A stretch of 62,036 nucleotides of DNA, counting the filler, from Vannella sp. (Eukaryota), in NCBI GenBank assembly GCA_023345925.1. It is 7 parts of 7 records of this genome, joined end to end, with 100 filler letters (N's around TTAATTAATTAA, not from the genome) between each part and the next. Parts side by side here need not be neighbours in the genome. Positions count along the whole stretch, not along the records: positions 12,487 to 24,295 come from JAJQQN010000602.1; positions 24,396 to 38,603 come from JAJQQN010001455.1; 5 more parts are not named here. One strand, given 5' to 3'. Positions within the stretch are counted from its first letter, which is position 1. Every line of letters starts with the position of its first letter. Below are positions 22,152 through 31,137 of the stretch, piece after piece. The position numbers and the translations under genes are program-made. Below the pieces are notes generated by a model. That model made no database searches. It was not told the DNA's origin and was given only the letters and a program-made list of their open reading frames with translations.

Positions 22152-23497
22152 ATGGGCAAGGCAAGTGCGGTGTTGCGCTTGGGTCGCTCTGGAAAGAAGG
22201 CGACAGAACCACTAAGGGGCCAGAAGTTGGTGGTGAGTGGACGGCTGCTCGATTCTCAAACACTCGGCTGAATCAAGGTGTAGGAAGGCACTCCTTTGCA
22301 GCTCTGCTGCGAAGCTGGTGACTTAGAAAAAGCTGTAAGGCTCATCAATGATCCGCACACTGATGTGGATGTGCGTATCTCCATTGGAGAAGCGGGGGCT
22401 TGCTTCCCTCGCATCGTTCACTGGGCGTGCGAAAACGGACATGTGGATGTACTCGAAGCCCTTTTAGCACGTCGTGTAGACTGCCAAAAGACGGTAAGAC
22501 AAACCTTCCCCTCCTGTTGGAGTCTGACCCTGATTGAAAGAATGGGATTGGAGTGAGTTCGTCTTAGCTTCCTCTCAATGGCCTTACCTGAGGATTGACT
22601 AGGAAACCCCCATCCAAGTAACAATTCGTTATGGGCATCTCAGAGTATTCAACCTTCTAGCGCCTTGCTGCAAGCCTGAAGATCTTTTAGACTTGGCAGT
22701 GAAGTACAAGCAAATCTCCATTCTGGAACAAGTGTTGGAACAGTACCGAGTTGTATTGGGAGATAACCAGTTGGTGAGTGATATTTGGCATTCAGAGATG
22801 CCCTTTTTGATCAAGAGGACGAGCAGGAGAGTGCCCTGTACGAAGCAGTCTATTTGGATTTTTTGGAAGGAGTGGAAGCTATTTGCAGGACCGTCGAGAG
22901 TCTGCTACAAGGGGTGAAGTTCACATCTCCCTACTCAACTCCACTGACGAAATAGGACAGGAGATGGGGGTAAAGGAGCCTGTCAATCGGTTAGAGTACT
23001 GACCTTTGAGAAGAGAGGTGTCGTAGAAAGAGCTTTCAATTACAGAAGGCCAAGTTCCATCAAGTTCCTGCTAGGACGTCCCGATATCGACCCCAACCCC
23101 AACCACCCCCAAGATTATTCAAAAGTGAAGCTCTTCTTTCACGTTTCCTCTGACTTGGACTGATCTGGATCAATAGCACGCGCTCTGTTTGGCATATCGA
23201 CACGAACTGTTGGATGAAGCAATGATGCTTGTTAGTCATGAACGATTTGAAGTACCAGACTTGGACATTCTGGTAAGGCTCACCGTCAATTCACTTACAA
23301 GCAGGTCACTTCCGGAACTCAACCACTTGCAGAGAGAAATATTCAAACAACCGGGCCAAAGGCCACCAGAGTTCCGGTTGAACTTTGCCAGAATGCTATG
23401 CCAACTCCTGAATGTTGTGGCGGGAGACATTGTGGGGGAGGACGATGCTATGTTTCCTCTTCTTCCTGCTAACAAGAAGAAGTCTGCGTACAAATAA
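22152..23497 (+). CDS. Multi-exon ankyrin-repeat protein, cluster copy 3
   Basis: MGKASAVLRLGRS, TPLQLCCEAGDLEKAV, IVHWACENGHVDVLEAL. Ends NKKKSAYK*. Intactness of all exons was not fully verified. Confidence 0.8.
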
Positions 23498-23843
23498 GGC
23501 CTCTGATTGCTCGAAACATCCCTCGCCGTTCCCTTGAGGCCAAGCTATTACAGTCAACCGCTCTAGCACTAGTTTAAACATTTCAGCACTCCATTCTGAT
23601 ATGTTGGCAACACCTCTCTAACAAAGAGGTGCAGTGGCAAGGAGAAGTCCGTCTTAGTGAGTCTCAGAAGAAAGGAGCTGGTTAGAAAACACCTTCTTCC
23701 ATGTCCGACCTTTTAGTCTTTGTCAGCCCGTCCTCAATGGGCAGACCAATTGTAAAGTGCCGGAAACTTCATCTGCAGAAGCGAGATCCAAGAAGGAGAA
23801 GTCGTTCAAAGTCGGGACTTGCGGGACAGCTTTTGTGGGGATC

Positions 23844-24125
23844 ATGGGCAAGGCGAGTGCGCTTTTGCGCTTGGGTCGCTCTGAGAAGAAGAAGGCAGAG
23901 GAGGTAGTTAGGAGGCCATTACGGGGGCTTAAGTGCGTGGTGAGGGAGCGTGCGTTCGTTTCTCGAACACTTTGTTGAATCATGGTGCAGGAGGGCACTC
24001 CTTTGCAGCGCTGTTGCGAAGCTGGTGACATCGAAGAAGCCGTCAGGCTCATCAATGATCCAGAGACTGACGTGGACGTGCGCATCTCCAATGGAGAAAC
24101 GGAGATATGCTTCCCTCGCATCTAA
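23844..24125 (+). pseudogene. 3'-truncated ankyrin cluster copy 4
   Basis: Exon 1, intron and start of exon 2 closely match copy 3. Homology stops abruptly at CFPRI-TAA. Confidence 0.78.
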
Positions 24126-24267
24126 CAAAGACTAAAAGGTGACCGAAGCCACCTTCTTACTTAGCCATGTTGGTGTATTGTTTTTGACACTCCCCCGTAC
24201 ACTAATCATGATGTTGTGCTGCTCTTGGCATGGGTAGTAGGGCTTACTTTTCCTGTGGACCGCCGGA

Positions 24268-24295
24268 TGTGCCTGCCGGGATTCGAACCGGTGAT
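24268..24295 (-). tRNA. 3' fragment of a tRNA(-like) gene at the contig end, possibly tRNA-His
   Basis: Minus strand GGTTCGAATCCCGGCAGGCACA gives a B-box/T-loop plus acceptor 3' strand. The anticodon is absent and the T-stem is imperfect. Confidence 0.5.
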
Positions 24296-24395
24296 NNNNN
24301 NNNNNNNNNNNNNNNNNNNNNNNNNNNNNNNNNNNNNNNTTAATTAATTAANNNNNNNNNNNNNNNNNNNNNNNNNNNNNNNNNNNNNNNNNNNN
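24296..24395. other. Artificial contig linker
   Basis: N44-TTAATTAATTAA-N44. Confidence 0.98.
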
Positions 24396-27300
24396 TGAGA
24401 TCAGCTTTTTGATGATCTTCTGACATTCAGGAGCATTTACCAACTCGTGGTTTACGAATCGGATGGTGACTGAAGATCCAGCGCCAATTCCAATTGCTCC
24501 AGGAATAGGAAGGGGAATCACCAGGGGGGAGCTTTCTTCGGCAGACCATTCGGGATTGGGTTCCCAATCTATCTTGCGCGGGAACTTTGTCTTATCGTTG
24601 ATCTGAACACGAGCCTGGAAGTCGATTGAGTAGTCTTGGCCCGATTGGTACTTGGGATTATCAATCTTAGTGGACCAAACCTGCTGGCCCTTTTCCAATG
24701 CCTTACTGAGGCTCAGGCAATCATTGATGTCGTAAGGCTTCATACTTTCATCGTCATCCTGCCAAGAAAAGATGAACTTCGGTACTTCCATGGTGGGAGC
24801 TTGCGTATCTCTGAGTTCCGACTCTAAGCTTCCAGTCGAAAGCCCAAACTCCGTTTCGAGGGAATCAATCAGATTCTTAAAGCGCCCTTGAGTTGACTCC
24901 ACCAGTCTTATCACCTTCAGGCTTCCTAGGTCGACATTGGTTGCTTTTTTAATCGCACCAGCGATGATTCCACAAATCCTTTCCTCGATCTCAGCTCCGG
25001 CTTTGTTGAAGATGCCTGAACTTATCAACGGGATAGCGATGGATCGGATGTTGAGCTTCTTTGCCGCATCCAGTACTTTGACAATCAGACTCTCAAGAAC
25101 AATCTCGGCAAGGTCAAGATCACTCGATTTCTCCCAAGTGGGACCAACCGCATGGATGATGTGTTTGACTCCTTGGTTCGCAAGATTTCCGGACTCACCA
25201 ATCCGGATTCCACCTTCTTGAACCGGACCGTTGACAGAAACATCCAGGTGGGAACTAGCTTGGATGTCAGCTACCCTCTGAATAGCTTTTGCGACACCCC
25301 CACTATGCTGAAGATTGCTGTTTGCCGCATTAACGATAGCGTCAACTTGTTGTCTTGCAATGTCTCCGCGGAGGGCTTCAATTGTTACTCCAAAGACTTT
25401 CTGGCGATAGCCAAGGCGGTGGGGCTTCTCCGAATGGGAAGAGTTGCCTAAATCCACCCATGTTCCAGTGCGATTCGCAAACTCGTTCAGTTTGGTCTTA
25501 TACTCTTCGAGTAAGAAGGCCTCCTCTTCTGCAACAGGGAAACTGATAACCTGGAAGTTCTCTTCCATCTTTTTCACATAAGCGGAAATCCGCTTCGATG
25601 CCTCAGAGACCATGGATGCCGGACCCTGGAGGGTGTAAATGTGCTTGCCTGCTGCTGCAGCTTTCAATGTTACCTGTGGGTAATGCCGCATTTCGTTGTC
25701 GAAGAACTTTTTTACGCCTTTTTTGCATGCTTGACGGCAAAGTGGGAAGCCTTTCATATCCACTTTAGCAGACTCTTGACGTTGTGAAGTAGTTCCAGTA
25801 AGTAATGCGGTGATTGCATCGATAGAGTTCTGTGGGCCGATGAGCTGCAGAGACAAGGCATCGTAATCGGAGATAAGCTCAGTGGAGTACTCTGTCATCA
25901 AGTACTCAAGTTCAACGTTCTTGTTGGCTTGAAGCTCCTTTAACTTCTTCGCAGTCATGGGCAATGTGACACTCTGAATGTTCAAAGCCTCAGCACGTTC
26001 CAGGGCGGCATCAACCTGGTCGACTTCCCCAATGAAGATCACTTTGTCTGGTCGGCGGATACCACACACAGATAAATCCTCCCATGCACTAGAGAGAAGT
26101 AGCTCCATCCTGTTCTGAGAGACTCTGACTTTGAAAGGCTTCGTAACTAGATCGATGTCTAGTCTCTCAAATGCAGCATCCACATTCTCTTTCAAGCCTT
26201 TGATACGGTATCCATAGCCACTTCCCTTTGCAGCGGCCTTCTTCTTTGGATTCGGTTTGAAGAGCTGAATCCGAACACTGCAGACCTCTTCTGTCTCGCG
26301 GCATAGTTGTTGCCCAGGTTCGCTCCACCAAGCAGGGAGCTCTTGTGAGAGATTGATGGTTGCGGATTTCTCCGCGTGTTCTTGGAGCCACTTCTCCACA
26401 AGTTCTACTTCCGAATCAAGCGAAGAGACAAAACCACTCAGGACGATTCCTCCTTCATCTGGATTCGGAATAGCTTCCACAGCTGGGTCAGTGAAACCGA
26501 AACGGTTCTTCCAATCAGTTTGTTTCTGCTCTGCAAGGCGCCTCACATCTGCTTTGCATTCAACAACTAGCTTTAGGTATTGTCGCTTACTGAGGTCACT
26601 AATGGCCCTCTGAAGTTCCATTCGGAGGCTGTCCGGAGCCAAGGCAATCACCTGAGTTCCTTCAAAACCAAAGAAGAAGTCAGGATACAGCTTTTTGCAC
26701 CAGCTGACAGTCTCTTTTGTTGACGAAGAGGCCCTGAATGACTTTTGGCAGACCGTCGTTTGCCAACCCTGGAGATTCACCTTGTCTTCGAAGAGCTTGA
26801 AACAGACAGTGCAGTTTTGTCCATTCCTCTTAACTTTGAGAACGTTCGTGGCTTCCCAGTCCTTGACTGTATCTGGTTCGCACTTGCGGAAGAAGTTCCA
26901 GTAGAGCAGAGTGATCGGAAAGTCAAAGGTTTCGTGTTCGTCATTCTCATCGTAATCGTCATCCTCCTCTTCCTCTTCCTCTTCCTCAAGCTTGATGGGC
27001 TTCACTTTCACTCTCTTCTTTGCTGAAGTCTTTGGTTGAGGTGTGCCTTGAATGGGAGGGGTCCCCGCTTTGTTCTTTTGATTGGGTCTTTTGGGAGTTC
27101 TCACTCCCCCTCCGTTCGTGGTACGAGGGCCCTTCTTAGTAGGAGGGGGAGGTGCGTGACGGAATCCGCATACTTTCGTACAGCTGTCTTTCATGAAGTG
27201 CATGCAGTTTCGCCCCAGCTTTGGTGGAGCAGCGGGCACCTGCTTTCCATGTGCATCGAGAATGGGGTGGTCGTCGAGGCACTTGCGGTCATTACAGCGA

Positions 27301-27578
27301 GACTTGAAGCGGCAAAGAGAACCAGTGTAATCCGGTCCTGCAGAGGAAGCCTGTCGAGGTGTTGGTGGTTGGGAGCCTCCATCTTCTCCACAGTGGCGGT
27401 TCCTGCAACCGGTTCCATATGAACACAAGTTGTTTAGATGGTACCTGCAGTTCAGTGCAGCCTCGGCGGTAGCAGCAGGTCGCTCCGCACCATTAACGAA
27501 GACGGTGTGGACCAAGTTGCAAGCTTTGTCCGCACAACGAGAGCGATTGGGGCACTTTCTCAGGGAGTGCGGCTCCAT
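24396..27578 (-). CDS. CCCH zinc finger x4 - KH-like repeats - macrodomain - WWE protein (PARP14/PARP9/ZAP-like); C-terminus cut by the contig end
   Basis: Four CCCH fingers; KH-like segments (YRIKGLKENVDAAF, LQLIGPQNSIDA, YTLQGPASMVSEA); macrodomain GDIARQQVDAIVNAANSNLQHSGGVAKAI..IIHAVGP..IAIPLISSGIF; WWE-like FSWQDDD..KPYD..YSIDFQARVQIN..RKI. Confidence 0.88.
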
Positions 27579-27898
27579 AGACCGGTTCCCAGAGGGCTCC
27601 AACAGGACCATGAAGGAGGGGGAAAGGTGAAAATGGCTCATCCAATGAGAGGAAGGGATGAATAAAAAAAGGGCCAGTGATTGGCTGGAAAAAATTGCTG
27701 CTCTCGGGTTAGTTAGCATTAACATAACTCTTGTAAAATTGATTAAAAGTCAGACACTGTTATCCTGCTGGCTATTGTTCTAATCGGAATCTTTCGAAGT
27801 TTTTTTTCCTTGAAATGGTCGTTTTGGTTTAGGTGCACCTCCTCTCCTGGGCATTTGTTTGTTGCGAGGCGTCTGGGGTCAGTAATCTGAGAGTGGAT

Positions 27899-30800
27899 AT
27901 GTCAGGTGACCTTTCAGCAACAAAGAAGGCGCACGCCCTTCTCAAGCAGAGGCAGTCTTCGGTTGTGTCTCTGCGCTCTTCTGCAAGGAGAAGCTCATCC
28001 GCTGGTGTCGAGTCTGTTGAAGGCAAAGAGGCAGCTTCTTTGGTTCCTAAGTCACCCGACAACATCCAAGAAGCCCCTTCCAAACCAAAGAAAGCCGTGA
28101 AAGGCATCCCTTTCCTGGCTGTTGAAGAACCACCGTCCTCTCCCGCAGCTTCTGATACATCAGAGAGCAAGATAGGAGCATCCACGGCCTCTTCCAATGG
28201 GGAGCAGCCGCCCAAGAAACCCAAGAAGCCGAAAAAGTCGACCAAAGGAGCTAACAAGGCTGCGGAGGAGCCCTGGTCCATCGCCCAACCCGCGTACCGT
28301 TCTACAAGCTCAGAGGAATCTCTAAAAGGAGGGTTCTTCGTCCATCCTTCCTCATCAAACGAGACACGCGGCCGAAGCGTCTCCGCCTCCTCTCGAGAGG
28401 AGACTTTCTTCAAGACCCCGCCTTCCACCGCCATCCTGTCACCTCCTGTGACAGGTGGTGGTGACCTAATTGTCCCTTTCACACGTGACCAAAGGAAGAG
28501 CCAAGCCCCAGCGGTTGAGCAACGAAAGGGAGCGCTTTCCTTCGATGTCGAGGAGTTAGACGAGAGCCCCGAAGCAGGTCACTCCAAGGACAAGCCAGTC
28601 ATGTCACGACGCAAGCGTATCAAGAGCTTCAGTGTCAACGCAGCTGGCTCGGCTGTGAACTCGCTGAGGTCGAAGAAGACAATCTCCCGCAAAGCCAAAG
28701 ATGACGCGTCCGGAGTGAGCCCTTCTGAGGGATCTCCTGCTCTAAGCCCTCGTGAGGAAGACAACCAGGCGTCAGAGGAATCCTGTGCCAAGAACTTCCA
28801 GCAAAACAGCTTGGCCGTCTCGCAATCCTTAGAGAAGCGGAATAAGTCTCCCAGGGTTGCTTCTGTAGTCGAGGAGGAGGCTCCCAAGGAGCCTGAGACG
28901 ACGCTTTTGAAGGTTGACAGTACTTTCAATAAGCCCCGCGTTGCGCGCGTTGAGTTCCGGCCAGAGAACATCATGAAGGCTTTTGAGATCACTCCCCGCA
29001 CTTCTCCTTTGGAGGCTTTCCATTCAATTATGGCCAAGATGAGCAAAGGACTTCCCCCAGAGAAGCGGGACACGTTGGTGGCCAAGTACGCCAAGTATGC
29101 CCTCTACCGACAATTGGGAGGTGACGAGATTCAAGAAATCTATGAGGATGAACCCTTACTGTCCCCTTTGCAGGTGGTAGGAGGCAATACGCCAATGTTC
29201 CTCTTCACTGACCAAGCAGTTCTCAAAGGGGATCGTCCAGAAGAGAGCGGTCGATGTTGTATTAACTTTGGCAGCTTATTGCAAGAAGCTCACATGAAGG
29301 AGGAGAAGAAAGCGGACAACGCAACGGACGAACTCGTCATCACCGAGAGGAAGTTCCTTTTTGACACAGACTTGCTCCTGCAAATGGTCCTCAAGCCACT
29401 GTGTGAGGAGGACATTATTCCTGCTAAGACCCGCAGCAAGATCTTCTTGAACATCAGACAAATCAACTCTTTCCACCGCGAGTTATATCGCCGTTTCCAG
29501 ATCGATAATACTGTTGCAGGCATCGCAGCAGTCTTTGATGAAGGGACGTTTGCAGATTTGGAGAAAGTGTATACAACCTTCCTGGGGAACTATGAGAGCG
29601 CTCTTGCTGTCTTCTATGAAACTCGAGACCACTCGGAGAAGTTTAGAAAATTCCTGGCTCGCCTCTCTGCCGAGAGTCCTGTCTTTAAGGACCGCTCACT
29701 CAACAACCTTTTAGTGACTCCCATGCAGCGTGTGTGCAAGTACGAGCTGCTTATCAAGAATCTCATATCCCAAGAGAAGAAACGTCCCAAACCGGATGAA
29801 GTTGCCGTCAAGAAGCTAAAACGCGTTATGGCCAAGCTCAACAGTACTTTGCAGATGATTGACCGCCGCCGTGTCGAAACAGATGAGTGGAGTCGAATCT
29901 TGCAGTTGGAAGAGAAGCTGGGACTGCCAGAACCTCTGCGAAAGCGTGGGCGAATCATCGTGGCTGAGGGCACCTTTAATACCTCCCGGCGTCAGTTTAC
30001 AGGCAATCTTACCTCTCGAGTCTGCACAGTCATCTTGTTCAATGATATTCTCCTCCGGGTGTACAAGTCCAACACGACAGCGCAGTATAAGGTGGAAGAT
30101 ACTTGCCAATTGAATCACCTGGTCTTGATTGACCCCTTCTCCATCTATGCAGCCGAACCTCACACGATTATCCTCTGTAGTAAGGATCCACGAGGAGCTA
30201 TCTTTACGCTCTACTTGGGCTCAAATGAGGAGCGGCAAGAATGGCACCAATATTTGGTGCGCTACACCATCCCGATGAATTTGTTCTGCCAAGAACTGCT
30301 TCATAATCCCTCTGGTGAAGCTTCTAGTCAAGAGATTATCTTCGCAGTGGACAACTGCTCTTGGGAGGAAGCGTTTGTTGAGCGGTGCCGGGTTATGGTG
30401 ACTACCAGCCGACTTGTTCTTCTCTGGGAAGCATTTGGGATGACTCAAAGCGAGATCATTCCTCTCCAAAGCATCACAGACATTGAAGGAAACAAAGATA
30501 CTGGCGAACATATCAGCACCAACCTCTGGACTGAGAATTACAATCTCAATAAGTTCAATAACTACTCCAACTTCTCGAGTGTCTTCCACAATGTTTGGCA
30601 ATCTTCCAGAAAACGGAAAAAGCTGGAAGAACCGAAGAGTGTGCCGTGCCCACTGCCTAAGGCTCCAACTCCATGGAGCAACTTTACTACCTTGAGCAAA
30701 GAGGAGTGGAAGAACATTTGGAAAGTCTCTCAGACCATCGAACTGAAAGCTGACGAAGTTCTACTTTCTCTGGGGAAGCCAAACGAATGTCTCTATATGG

Positions 30801-31063
30801 TATCCAAAGGGAGCGTTATTCGCAACACCGCCAATGAGGAATCCTGCACTCTCACGAAGGGCCGCATGTGCGGCGCTTCTTCGTTCCTCTTGGAAGGAAG
30901 TATGTCCACAGAAAGGGTCATTGGGGGAGGAGAGGGAGCGTCACTCCGCTGTAAGTCTCGAAAGGACATTCTCGACCATCTCGCCGCCAACCCTTCTCTA
31001 TTGGCGAAATTCTTTGCGACAATCTCTCGCAATCTCCTGGAGGAAGAACAAGCCTGCCAATGA
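27899..31063 (+). CDS. Dbl-family RhoGEF (DH-PH) with GRAM-like and degenerate cNMP-binding domains; intronless
   Basis: DH ELVITERKFLFD..LLVTPMQRVCKYELLIKNL; PH LFNDILL..ERQEW; GRAM-like RVMVTTSRLVL..IIPLQSITDI; cNMP-like IELKADEVLLSLGKPNECLYMVSKGSV. Confidence 0.88.
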   Translation: MSGDLSATKKAHALLKQRQSSVVSLRSSARRSSSAGVESVEGKEAASLVPKSPDNIQEAPSKPKKAVKGIPFLAVEEPPSSPAASDTSESKIGASTASSNGEQPPKKPKKPKKSTKGANKAAEEPWSIAQPAYRSTSSEESLKGGFFVHPSSSNETRGRSVSASSREETFFKTPPSTAILSPPVTGGGDLIVPFTRDQRKSQAPAVEQRKGALSFDVEELDESPEAGHSKDKPVMSRRKRIKSFSVNAAGSAVNSLRSKKTISRKAKDDASGVSPSEGSPALSPREEDNQASEESCAKNFQQNSLAVSQSLEKRNKSPRVASVVEEEAPKEPETTLLKVDSTFNKPRVARVEFRPENIMKAFEITPRTSPLEAFHSIMAKMSKGLPPEKRDTLVAKYAKYALYRQLGGDEIQEIYEDEPLLSPLQVVGGNTPMFLFTDQAVLKGDRPEESGRCCINFGSLLQEAHMKEEKKADNATDELVITERKFLFDTDLLLQMVLKPLCEEDIIPAKTRSKIFLNIRQINSFHRELYRRFQIDNTVAGIAAVFDEGTFADLEKVYTTFLGNYESALAVFYETRDHSEKFRKFLARLSAESPVFKDRSLNNLLVTPMQRVCKYELLIKNLISQEKKRPKPDEVAVKKLKRVMAKLNSTLQMIDRRRVETDEWSRILQLEEKLGLPEPLRKRGRIIVAEGTFNTSRRQFTGNLTSRVCTVILFNDILLRVYKSNTTAQYKVEDTCQLNHLVLIDPFSIYAAEPHTIILCSKDPRGAIFTLYLGSNEERQEWHQYLVRYTIPMNLFCQELLHNPSGEASSQEIIFAVDNCSWEEAFVERCRVMVTTSRLVLLWEAFGMTQSEIIPLQSITDIEGNKDTGEHISTNLWTENYNLNKFNNYSNFSSVFHNVWQSSRKRKKLEEPKSVPCPLPKAPTPWSNFTTLSKEEWKNIWKVSQTIELKADEVLLSLGKPNECLYMVSKGSVIRNTANEESCTLTKGRMCGASSFLLEGSMSTERVIGGGEGASLRCKSRKDILDHLAANPSLLAKFFATISRNLLEEEQACQ

Positions 31064-31137
31064 GTTAGTCTCTGATAGTGTCAAAGTTATTTAATAAGTG
31101 TCCTTCTTCCTGTGGAAAGACGGTCTTTTAAATCCAT

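Noticed and set aside
24125..24500. Ankyrin cluster and PARP14-like gene as one defence island
   Set aside because: They are separated by an artificial linker, so linkage is unknown.
27829..28482. Long antisense ORFs (here, 5340-5891, 1980-2720, 57635-58207 and others)
   Set aside because: These are shadows of real genes on the opposite strand with no domain signal.
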